Positions 40,825 to 51,050 of a stretch of 64,000 nucleotides of DNA are shown here, one piece after another. The notes beneath the pieces are model-generated. The model was not told where the DNA came from. It ran no database searches and worked only from the letters and a program-made list of their open reading frames with translations. Source of the stretch: Lama glama. Its lineage: Eukaryota. Numbering within the stretch: position 1 is the first letter of the stretch; each line of letters starts with the position of its first letter. The position numbers and the translations under genes were made by a program. The stretch is from contig CM052817.1 in the NCBI GenBank assembly GCA_028534125.1, positions 23,128,001 through 23,192,000 of the forward strand. Reading direction: 5' to 3'.

Positions 40825-41735
40825 TCTACATTATAATTGCCATGTGGTCTCATGGATGATCTTGTAAATCTAAGATACATTATAAAAAACTGGAATATTA
40901 ATTTTTCTAAGTATTAAAAATTTGATGTGTAATTATCCTAAGAATTAGTTACTTATTACTCAGCAATTATTCAAACTATGCTAAAAAAGGGACTACAATA
41001 ATATGAAAAGGGAAGAATGATAGAATTGCCCAGAAGATGATATAGTGCTGAAATGATCAGTTTTCAATATTCATAACTTTTCTTACTGTGTTGCCAAAAA
41101 TTTTGCATCATTTTTTCAAAAAACATATAAAGGGACTCTGGAGACATTATTTCTAGTATTCTTTTAACTTTTTTTTTTTAGGCTTCATTAAACTTAGGTG
41201 AGAATTCAGAATTTTCATTTTGTTCCATAATCACAAAGAGAAGAGAATTGGCAGAGGAAGATTTATCGCAGTTATTAGACAAATTATAAGATGAATGCAA
41301 AGGGACAGAGAGCTGTACCCTAACCTCTAATGATGGTGGTAAAACTGATCATATAAGCACAATCTCAGAGTAGGACTTTTTATGTGATACTATCTTAATT
41401 GATGTTTTTATACTTGAGTTACTTAACAATGCATTTCTAAGAAAAAATCTTATTCAGTTAGCTATGCAATAGGAAGAACTCCATTATATATTTGCAGAAT
41501 GACTCTGAATGATTCTGTTATGCCAAAAAAATGCGATAAAATTAACTTTTACAATAACCAAAATTGACTTGACACTAGTCATAAGTGAACAAATGCTGAA
41601 GGCAGGTATGTGTACGGAAGTGATCTAGAAATAAATAGATGATATAGAAGTGAAAAAACAATTTATTAAGATCAGTTTGATAAATATGAAATACAATTTT
41701 TTGCAATTATAGACCAAAGAAACTGGCTTATTGGT
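40825..41735 (+). mobile_element. piggyBac-superfamily (Looper-like) transposon fossil with transposase N-terminal remnant
   Basis: Translation from ~41230 gives KRRELAEEDLSQLLDKL*DECK (acidic N-terminus). From ~41580 it gives HK*TNAEGRYVY, then IDDIEVKKQFI and LQL*TKETG across frameshifts. These resemble piggyBac transposase motifs (WTN.EG...W..I...E...FIG...LW). Confidence 0.75.
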
Positions 41736-42794
41736 GGGCTCTCTAAAATGGAAAAGATAAGGAAATGGATTCACCTCTACCGCCACAAAAAAGAAATACA
41801 GTACCTCCAACACATTGATTTTAACTAAGTGAGTGAGTTGTTTTAAGCCATTATGTTTGTGGTAATTTGTCATGCAGCAGTAAAATGTGAATGCAGTATA
41901 TGAAGGTGGTTTTCTCAAATCATATAACTCCATGTTCTAGAGTTTAACAAACCTGAGACTACTGACGTGAGAAGAGAGGGTGTACATCAAGGGCAAAGCA
42001 AGTGGAAGACGATGATTTGGACAGCATTCTCCTTCTTTGACATGGTAACACACCACAGCTTTATGACTTATTTAATGATTCCTTAAACAACACTTAGCTC
42101 TAAACTGCATTGCATAAGGACCATTAATTGTCTTTTACAATTCTGCATGCTTTTCAGATAGTTTCCCAAATCCATCTGTCCTCTTTTAAATCCTTCTAAG
42201 CACAGTCTTCCAGTTTGTGAATCACATCAAGAAGCAAATTCACAGCATTTTATGTTTATGCCCACTTTTATATATGTTCTTTGTTTAAATAATGTAGGCA
42301 TAATTCATCATTAATTAACCTTAGAACATGATATTTGATGTATTTCCTTCGTATCAGGGCTATTCTTCCAAATGTACATCACTAGTTTTTTTCAAGTATT
42401 TAAAACTTGCAGAGAACCAATGCTGATTTTTTCTGTAAAAGCTATATAGTCAACTCTTCAATCGGAGTCAGTAACCACTTTGAAGATAACTATCTGAAGA
42501 AAACCCACTGATAATCAGATTATGTGTGCAGGTGATTCATTATGGAAAATGCTGAGAAAAATAACTATGTTTGTGAAAGCCTGTGATTCTATATGATAGG
42601 AGGAAAATTAACTGTTCTTTTATTAATTATACAAACATATTTTAACCGCCTACAGTATTTAAAACACAGTTGTATACTCAGGGATGCAGAATGATCCAGG
42701 GGAGCCTGGTTCAGTCCTGGGGGAACTATACTAGGAGATACTTAATTAAGTTTTCTACATATATTAACCTCTTATACACAGTATACATTGTCTC

Positions 42795-42935
42795 AGGATT
42801 TTAAATCTGAAACTTGATTTTATGGATCCAAAGCACTGCTCCTCCACTTGCTACCTTGAACAGTTAGTTTCACTATTTAAACATCAGTTCCCTCACTTAC
42901 AAAAATAGAAACATAATTCTAACTGTACTTACCTG
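42795..42935 (+). mobile_element. MIR SINE
   Basis: 'gctcctccacttgctaccttgaacagttagtttcactatttaaacatcagttccctcacttacaaaaatag...gtacttacct'. Confidence 0.75.
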
Positions 42936-43104
42936 GCAGGAAGGAGATGAAATTCAGAGGTCAGAGTGTTCATCAAATATGCAGCACAGACATAATTGAG
43001 CTAATATTCTGCACAATTGTCTTCCCACCTCTGTATGCTGGAAAAACTCAAACTTGTCAATTAATGTCCCATTCCTTTCTGGTACACAGTTTCCTTTGAG
43101 TTGT

Positions 43105-43407
43105 CACACATACCTTAGAAGAAATTCTTAGTCTTTGAGAGAAAATAGTGTGTGCTGAGACCATCTGGACTGAATATGTGACTGCACCCAGTTAAATAAA
43201 CTTTTAAGATTCCTGCAGGTGAGTGCCAGGATCTACCTGTCTTTTGACCACCAAAGACAAGCCTGGTATGTAAATTCCTTGGCTTTTTAACCCTGCCACA
43301 TACCCATCTGGAGTGATCTGCTTCTTTCTTTGTACTATGTTTGCCCTCCATGTACAGAGGCCAGTTTCAGATTTCAGCCTGGGAAGCTCCCAAAATGCAA
43401 ACCAACA
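43105..43407 (+). mobile_element. 5' LTR (5'-truncated) of the outer, older ERV (MER21-like)
   Basis: Aligns by eye with 50260-50530 (gaccatct, gtgactg, agacaagcct, gagtgatctgc, ggccagtttcagat, cctgggaa). Ends CAAACCAACA, followed by the degenerate PBS-like 'ttgacaagtcagg'. Confidence 0.75.
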
Positions 43408-43847
43408 ATTGACAAGTCAGGTCAGAGAATGAGATTGTTGTTGAGAAAGAGGCATTTGCAGGGGAAATCTTCAGTTAACCATCTACTTCTGTGTGAGGAG
43501 AGCTGGCCTGTATGTTAGATGCTTGTGGACCACTGTGTGACTACTGACATGCTTCAAAAACTCAGGCTGGTTTGATGCACTTGTTTGAGGAACTGTGCAG
43601 AATGCCCTGCCGCAAAGGGGGATGAATTGCCTGGGTAGTGGGCTGGCATCTACTGTGGGCAGGTTCACTCTCTGCTCATGCCCAACCGGAGGTGAAGTTC
43701 AATTCCAGTTAGAAAGTTGGAAGAAGAGCTTCGGTTAGGGAAGGGCCTGCAGGTGTCCACCACTCTGCTAGCTTCGGGCTGGCAGACAAAGTTGGAGAGC
43801 AGGATGATGAATCGGAGACCTTAGCCTGAAGCTGCAAAAGCTTGGAG

Positions 43848-44321
43848 TGTTACTGACCCTCCGGAGCTGGTCCTCAGCAGGTTCCTCCCGCTGGGGGTCG
43901 CTCGCGCCAATAGAATGTAACCAAGTTTGGTTCAGAAGCAAAGGAAAGCTTTACTCTTTGATCGAAGGTTGAAGATGTGCCAGCTCTTGCTCTAGAGCAC
44001 GAGGTCTCCCTGAAGAGCCATGGGCGGGGCTGCTGTATGGGGCTCCTGCGGGCGGGAGGGGGCGGAGCGTTCTCAGTGCGGGCGCAGGCGCAGCTGCGCG
44101 GCTCACGCAGGCAGTGCCGTTGCTGTGTCTCTGCACGTGGCCTGGTGGGCTGAGGTGTCCATGCAGCCGTTTTGCATTATGGATGCTGAAAGGCCAGGTG
44201 GAAGCAAGTGACGACTAAGCACAAAGGATAAGGGGAAAAAAAAAAAAGGTTACATTTTTATTTTATAACCTAGATTCTATTTTTATTTCCCAGGAATTGT
44301 TAATGGGCTTTGCTGGTGATA
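43848..44321 (-). mobile_element. 3' LTR of inner provirus (474 bp, CpG-rich)
   Basis: Shares 'ttcagaagc..agg.aagctttactctttgatc' and 'agattctatttttattt...gaattgttaatgggctttgc..gtga' with 48821-49371. Poly(A) signal variant AGTAAA at 43950-43955. Confidence 0.9.
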
Positions 44322-44333
44322 AATCCCTCCTCT
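44322..44333 (-). promoter_or_regulatory. Polypurine tract
   Basis: Minus strand AGAGGAGGGATT immediately precedes the 3' LTR. Confidence 0.85.
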
Positions 44334-44759
44334 GTCTTTTGTCCTGCCCCTCATTCTTGAAGGGCTTTGAGGGGCGCAAGTCCATATTCTGTAACTTCTT
44401 CCTGCTGATTTGGGGCATCATCATAACCCCAGGTAGAGGAGCAGAGCTTCCTCCAGCCGCCTTTAGATGTGTTTGTCACAAGGCCTCAGCCCTGAGTGTT
44501 TGTGTCCCTGAGTGACCACCATTTGTCTAACCCTTTGGAGACAAAGGATACTAGACAGTGGCCCAACTATTAGCAGGACAATGATGGTCACATGTCGACT
44601 TTTTCCTAAAAATGAAGGCATCTAGGACTCTACCTGCAGGAAAAGTGTGCCCTGATGTCAAGGCTCATTGCCGCTGCCTGAGTCTCCCTGGTCACATTTC
44701 AGTTGTTTTTCAGAGAGAAGTTTCAGATTAGAGAGAGGTTCGCACGACTAGTCAAGGAG

Positions 44760-47396
44760 CCGTTGCCCCAGGTTGTCCCCGGAGTTTGGGGCTCGGGGGC
44801 CCTCTTCACTTGAGTGTGATTTCCCACGGTGCAATCTCCTGCAGCTTCAGGGTAGCGCAGCTGGTCGGGATCGCCAGGTGGGGTCTGTTCTACTTATGAG
44901 TGAGCTGAATCTGTGGGCTGGTGGTTTTCCAGGATATGGGGTGTACCTGGTCTCCAGGGCTGGGTCAGTGGGGGCAGGCAGCACCTGGTAACCATATTCC
45001 CTGAGAGCTTTGATGGTTTCTCCTACCTGGAGGGCACACTTGAATTGTTCCATTTCAGAGGACTAAGATACCCCTTCTCTCAGGCTTGGAGAATGGGTCT
45101 ACCCCACGTGAGCTCAAATGCACTTAAATTTATCGCCTGGGGCTAACTGCATACAGAGCAGGGAAATTGCGGTTTCCTGACACATAGCTTGTCCAAAGCC
45201 TGTTTCAAGGTCTGATTGGATCTCTCTGCTTTCCCAGTGATTCAGCTGCTTTTTCAGTTCTAGTGAGGAATGCTTCTATCTACCAAGAAAATGTGTCCAT
45301 TAGCACCAAGAGATACCTGAAGTTGCCCAGTACTCTTGGCATGACAGTGAAATGAATCTGTCAATGTGCTCCAGGATATGTCTTTCTGATCTGAACGGGG
45401 CGTATCTGGGGGCCGCTGGGGACTCTGGTATTGGGATTGTCATTGTGCAGAAAGGGCAGGTCTCATCTATCTGACTGATTATACTTTTCATGCAGAAGTT
45501 GCTGTGACCTCAACCAACTAACTATACAGGGCTTCCCTCCAATAGTGAGTTCCTTGTGAGCCTTCCTGATGGCTCGACAAGCCACAGTTCGGGGAAAGAA
45601 GTATTTGTGGAGACTGAGGAATAATTGGATGGATCTGGCTCTGGAGGTGAGGGAATAGCTGCCAAGTTACTGGTTCTAGGTCCACCCTTTTGGCAGTTGT
45701 GTCCTCCTTGTTTCCCTGTATTACTTCCGCATCCCCCTTTTGAGGACCCCTTGATGAATCACTGGCACATTTTTTGGAAGCTGTACTGCTTCTAAGAACT
45801 TTAATATGCTTCAGCCATGTTTCGCCTGTTTATTCTCCACAGTAAGCATACCTCTTTCCTTTCACATAGCCCCGTATGTGTGTGTAGGATGGCATATGCA
45901 TACTGGCAATCTGTAAACATTTAAGATTTTCCCTGGCCTGAGCTCTAAGTCTGGGGTGAGGGCTATCAGCACCACTTTTTGGACGGAAGTCCCTGAGGGT
46001 AGGCTTCTTGCTTCCATGACGTGGGTCTGGGGCCTGGGAGGTTACTGCATATCTTGCCAGCCTTTTTCCTTCTCTCATAGACATATTCTCATCTGTCAAC
46101 CCTTCCTCTTCAGCATTTGGGAGAGGCTCACTTCCTTGGTCAGAGTGGCTGGAATAGATTATGTCTACAATTTCTATACGGTCCGTGCTCCAGGAGCCCT
46201 ATTCCTGTGGGTAGCAGGGCGGCAGGATTTAGCTGTGACAGTTTTGTATGGTAGCTACTGGGTTATCTAAAAAGCATAGCCTGAGCTTGAGTCAACCTTC
46301 TGAGGGATAGCCATTCTGTTCTCTTAGAACTAACTAAGGCCTGAACCTGGTGGGGAGTCCATATAGTGATTGACTGGCCAGATGTTAACTTTTCAGCCTC
46401 CTTTCGCAGGGTTGAAGTAGCTGCTACTGCCTGTAGGCAAGGAGGCCATCCCTCACTGGCTTGACCTAATTGTTTAGATAAATAAGCAACCACCTGAGTA
46501 AGGGGTCCCAGTTTTTGAACTAATACCCCAAGGATGATTCCCCTTCTCCAGAGCTAGGGATCCAGATACAGCAGAACTCAGCCATCCCCAGGAAACCCCT
46601 AAGCTGTCCTCGAGTTTTAGGAGGGTTGAGGCTGCAAATGGCTGCTTTCCTGTCCTGGGGTAGGTTGTTTGACCTTCTGTGAGAATGAGGCCTAAGCAGG
46701 CCACCCTGGTTTGTAATATCTGAGCCTTTTTCCTTGGATACTTTATGTCATACACTGGTTAGGTGGTTCAGAGTAGTTACAGCATTTCTGGCAGAGGCCT
46801 CCTTAGTAGGACTGGCAATCAGAATGTTGTCTACATAATGGGAGAGGCTTCTCTCCTCCAGATTAGATTTTTTTAGGTCTTATCTAAATTTTCCCCAAAG
46901 ATAGTAGGGGAATTTTGAACCCTCAGGGCAGGATTATCCATCAGTATTGTTTTTGTCCCATGTTTTGGTCCTGCCACTCAAAAGCAAAGATTTCTTGTGA
47001 CCCTGGGGCTAATGGGATACAGAAGAAGGTGTATTTTAAATCTAATACTGAATACCAGGTCCTGGTAGATGATAGAGTGGCCAGCAGGATGTAAAGATTA
47101 AGGATTATAGAGTGTATATCCTGCCTGGCTTCAATGACTGCCCTGAGATCCTGTTCCATCTGGTTTCTTTATGGGCAGAATGGGGGTTATTACAGGCTGA
47201 TAGGCATGGTCTAACAAGGCCTGGTCAGTTAGGCCCTGAACAATGGGAACAATGCCCAACGAGGCTTCCCGACAGAGCGGGCAGTGTTTTCTACTGTGCC
47301 ATGCAGGTCAGGGTTTTAGATGGACCACTGTGGGACTGGCTTCTACAGATCATCCCACTCATCACTGTGCCCAGACCTCAGGATTTACTCTGGGGT
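44760..47396 (-). pseudogene. pol: Degenerate gammaretrovirus-like pol (RT, connection, RNase H, integrase)
   Basis: RVNPEVWA; ILPIKKPDG; QDLRAV; WYSVLDLKYTFFCIPLAPGSQEIFAFEW; YVDNILI (YxDD mutated, ~46818-46838); VAYLSKQL...GWPPCLQAVAAT...EAEKLT; integrase C-terminal PGDQV...LKLQEIAPW. Many stops and frameshifts. Confidence 0.93.
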
Positions 47397-47402
47397 GATA
47401 CC

Positions 47403-47472
47403 TGAAAACTTCAGTTCTGCAGGATGCACCCTAATGGGCTGTACTTCAGTGTGGTGGATGTTTTGGTTCCAT
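47403..47472 (-). pseudogene. gag: gag matrix start stub; rest of gag and pro deleted
   Basis: ATG at 47472 with a 1-nt slip, then GTKTSTTLKYSPLGCILQN* (typical MG...SPLGCIL.NW). It joins directly to the RT start. Confidence 0.7.
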
Positions 47473-48796
47473 TCAGACATGTTCTGGTTTTGGATTTGTT
47501 TCTAAACACCAAAGTGGGGCAGATGGAGTAATTTGTTGGCACACAAATGCCACAAGATTTGACCCAGATAAGATTTCTGGTTTGGGAAATTTGCATTCCT
47601 CCAAAGACCAAAATAAGAGGCATCCAAATGGTGTGGAGATGTATAACTGGGGGGTCCCCCTTGAATCTGTAAGGTTTAGGGCTGAGACAGGCCTCCTCAT
47701 GCAGCATGTCCCACAGGAGCTTAGACAGGACGGCGTCCAGGCCAGAGCAGCTTAGCTGCGTCAGTTCCTGATCAGCTTGCTCCGTTAGGGCGGGAACACT
47801 GTCTGAGGCGGGGTCTTCTCTTTCTTACTTTCAGCCAAAAAGCAGGAGGTTTTGGACATCCCAGTAGGTGAGAGCGAAAGCTCGACGGGCTCCCACAGGG
47901 TACTCCTCAGAGCCCTGGGGCAGCGGATTTCCTGTGCTAACGCAGGGCGGCGAGCCTGTGGATCCTCGGTTGGTAAAGAACCACTCAGAGTACACCTCTG
48001 GAGCAGAGAGGAGAGGAGAGGTTGCGTGATGGGTGTTTCCTGGTCTTGTAAGCAGCTCATGGGGCTCCTCAGCCCACTTCAGAGAAACCAGCACTGACCA
48101 GAAGTGGTCAGGTCTCCTGTTGCACATCTGCCTTGGGATTCTTTCCCCCTCTAGTGTCCTAGTGCCGTTTCCTGAATTCAGATTGAGTGACTTTCTGTTT
48201 TGTTGAGTGGTGCTTATCACCTGGGCCTTTTCCCAGTCCCCCGTCTTGGCTCTCAGGGCTGGCCACCTTCCTTTAATGAACCAAAAGTGACTATGGAGAA
48301 TGCTAGTTTTGACCCCTGGAGGTCAGCAAGGAGGGCAGAAAGCCCTGGTGCAGCCTCTACTGCCTTGTGCAGGGCGGTCAAGAGCCTGGTGCTACTGGCA
48401 AAACAGTGCAAGACTGCTGTGGCTCCCTCTTGTCCATAGGTCCCCACTGTCCCCAGGTGTCCAGTACCATTGGAAGGCCAGCCGAGGCAGCAGACAGACA
48501 TGTAAGTTTCAGTCTCCAATCCCCAGTGATGCCACAGTATGATCCCCTCAAGGAGGTGCAGTCCATATTACTCTGGGGGCTACCCTGTGTGTGCACCACA
48601 CCCAGGTATCAAGCAGGGTGCTGAGTAGGGTTGCTCTGAATTCAACTGAAGCCTGCTCCATCCTACTCTATCAGTGTACTCAACTATCAGAATCACTCAT
48701 CCTCTTGCGAACCTCCCAAAGCCTCCTCTGTCTTCCTGCTGGAGCCAGGGTGAGCCCAGAGCCTAGTAGATAGGTGCAGCGAAAAGGCCACGGTAC

Positions 48797-48814
48797 ATCC
48801 CATCTGGGTTGCCA
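48797..48814 (-). promoter_or_regulatory. Primer binding site, tRNA-Arg
   Basis: Minus TGGCAACCCAGATGGGAT is a 16/18 match to the complement of the tRNA-Arg(CCG) 3' end (GTCCCATCTGGGTCGCCA, recalled). It lies 6 nt from the 5' LTR. Confidence 0.85.
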
Positions 48815-48820
48815 TAACTC

Positions 48821-49371
48821 TATTACTAACCCTCCCAAGTTGGTCCCCAACCCTTGTTGCCTTCTGCCTGGCATCATTAGAGCCAATAGAACAAGACCGA
48901 GTTGGGTTCAGAAGCGAAGGGAAGCTTTACTCTTTGATCACAGTGGAGAGTGCAGGCTCATGCTCTGAAGTGCACACTTTCCCGCAAAGGCCCTTGGTGG
49001 GATTGCCTTATGGACTCTTGCTGGTGGGAGAATTCTTGAGGTCCTGGTGCAACTGTGCTGCTCAGGGCGCTCCAGATCGAAGCCCTGGGTGCAGCGTCTC
49101 TGCACAAAATGCACTGTCGCCACCTTGAATTGAAGTGTCCTATGCAGCGCTTCTGCACAAAGCCTGCCAAGCTGGTGTCAGGAGCAGCCATTACACACTA
49201 GGAATTCTGGTCTGAAGTAGTAGGGGGCAAGGACCCTGCACAAGGCGCCCTGTGAGCAAGTGAAACTAGACTAAGTGCAGAAGAAAAGGGGCAAAAAAAT
49301 GTTAAGATTATTCTACTACCCAGATTCTATTTTTATTTCTCGAGAATTGTTAATGGGCTTTGCCAGTGACA
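48821..49371 (-). mobile_element. 5' LTR of inner provirus (551 bp)
   Basis: Starts TGTCAC on the minus strand, AGTAAA at 48926-48931, adjacent to the PBS, homologous ends to 43848-44321. Confidence 0.9.
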
Positions 49372-49674
49372 GGAGGACACAACCTGCTGCAGATTAAGGT
49401 CATTAAGGTTGCAGCACTTATGACAAAGCCCGATTGAGACACTAATGGGTGGGATCCCTGTGAAACTGAGAAGAGCCAAGAGGAGGATGTTGTGGTGATT
49501 GACAGTGAGACAGATGAAACACATGAAATGCAGGTGCCCTCAGCCCACATTACAAAGGAAGGCAAAGCACAGCAACAGCCCCAGCCGTGGTCCCTCCTCC
49601 AATTCAGGAAACGTTCATGATGAGAGAATATATTCCCACCAAGTTTATTGATATGGCTGCCGACTCGGAATAAA

Positions 49675-50030
49675 TGATAACCAACAAAGCCTGTCCTTAC
49701 TGAACACTAAAATATCTTTAATGAGATAGATTGTCGATGGCTTTGGACATTATTAGTGCTACTCCAGGAGGCACCTGTGCCATTATCCAAACAGAATGTT
49801 TCATGTTTATATCTGATGTATCATCTTTGTTAAATCCCATGAGGACACAGGTGAACATCTTGAGTGATCTGACCGCCCAGCTTAGGGAACTTAGTAAAGC
49901 AGTGCTTTGGATCATGGGGCTCCTGGTGGAAAAAAATTGTTACTTATTTAGGAAATCATCTTAATCTGTATTCCTCTTACATGTGCCTGTATTGCTGTGG
50001 TGTCTGCCTCCAGTGCAGCCAGATATCTAC
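49675..50030 (+). pseudogene. env: env transmembrane-subunit remnant of the outer ERV
   Basis: QQSLSLLNTKISLMR* followed by MALDIISATPGGTCAIIQTECFMFISD. This is the immunosuppressive domain plus a degenerate CX6CC of gamma-type TM. Confidence 0.85.
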
Positions 50031-50090
50031 CTCCATGCTAGTGAAACCCCCAGCTGGCCTCTCAGTGCACATTGTGCAAGAAAGGAAACA

Positions 50091-50529
50091 TGTAAGATTT
50101 TAAGAGCAAGTTAGGAGGATTGGAGAAGGTTATCGAGAGGACATGACCGAAGATTGATCCTCAAGCTGGACCCGGGTAATCAGCTCCACCCTCCACCCAC
50201 CACGGTTGGAATGTACATTCCACCCACCATTCCTACAGTGGGAGTCGTTTCCAAGGACACAGCCCCAAGAGAGTGTGTGTTGTTGTGACCATCTAGGTGG
50301 CATACGTGACTGAACCCGGTTGAGGCCTCTCTTATATAGAAAATTTTGGTGGGCAGTTGTGGAGATTTACTCATCTTGCAGCCAAGACAAGCCTTGTAAG
50401 TCAGTCCCCTTGCTTATTAACTCTACCAGTCAGAGTGATCTGCCTCTTTCTTCTTCTCTTCTTGCCCTGCAGGTATAGGGGCCAGTTTCAGATCACACCT
50501 GGGAAACCCCGGAGGTTTCGAACCAGCCG
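50091..50529 (+). mobile_element. 3' LTR of the outer ERV
   Basis: Purine tract 'aagaaaggaaaca' then TGTAAG. The 3' half is homologous to 43105-43407. Confidence 0.8.
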
Positions 50530-50699
50530 TATATTATATTTAGATGCTCGTATAAGTATAATGTGTACTTAAGCCCAAACGGTTATTATTCTAGTTTTAC
50601 AGGTGAGTGATATAAGGGGACAGTGCTCCATGAATAGGTAGTTGGACATTTCTGCAAACTTGGGCATTTTTTGAGCAAAGAGCATTGGCATCAAATTTA

Positions 50700-51050
50700 C
50701 CAGGAGAGAAAAACATACAAGTTTTAGCAAAATGCAAGTACAAATTACTTCAGGTGAAAGAGGCTACCCTCATTTGAGAAGCAGAAATGTGGCTGACGTG
50801 GTTGAAGAATAAAGATCTCTGGGAAGTTTATAAGGTGGAGTCAGAGGTAGGCAGACGGTGGAGGGCTGAGAGATGTGGCAACAAGATGAAAGTGTTGGTG
50901 CAGTGGGAAGCCATTTGATTTTTAAGTAAGAAAGAAATACAGTTTGGTTTTTGTTGTGTGAAGAGCTCCCTGGTAGATACTGTTAGAAGAGGGGAAATGG
51001 CAACAGAGAAAAAAACTAGAAGACTTTCTGCAGTAGCTCAGGTTAGGAAG
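50700..51050 (-). mobile_element. L2 fragment
   Basis: 'cagtgggaagccatttgatttttaagtaag' and 'aaactagaagactttctgcagtagctcagg'. Confidence 0.55.

Larger units (their letters stand above)
43848..49371 (-). mobile_element. Two-LTR gammaretrovirus-like (ERV1) provirus, 5524 bp, internally deleted and non-autonomous
   Basis: Outer termini TG...CA, TSD GGAG at 43844-43847 and 49372-49375, PBS, PPT and pol motifs. Confidence 0.95.
43600..49560 (+). pseudogene. gag: Class III (ERVL-like) gag N-terminal remnant of the outer ERV; present at 43600-43847 and 49376-49560, split by the inner provirus
   Basis: Frameshifted reading AWVVGWHLLWA...VRKLEEELRL...ETLA..KLQKLG|GHNLLQIKV(IKV)AALMTKPD*DTNGWDPCETEKSQEED. 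The frame is continuous across the insertion once one GGAG copy is removed. Confidence 0.65.

Noticed and set aside
41161..41200. Strong acceptor-like T-run+AG followed by AG|GTGAG (possible micro-exon)
   Set aside because: Lies within the piggyBac fossil, with no transcript or partner-exon evidence.
42926..42948. TACTTACCTGGCAGG..GGAGAT resembles the U1 snRNA 5' end
   Set aside because: Only 15 nt are contiguous, and the first part is explained by the MIR 'gtacctacct' motif. There is no further U1 sequence or TSD.
49731..49964. env ORF as a possible syncytin-like domesticated gene
   Set aside because: Only a 77-aa TM piece remains, with no SU or signal peptide, a disrupted ISD start, a mutated CX6CC and flanking stops.
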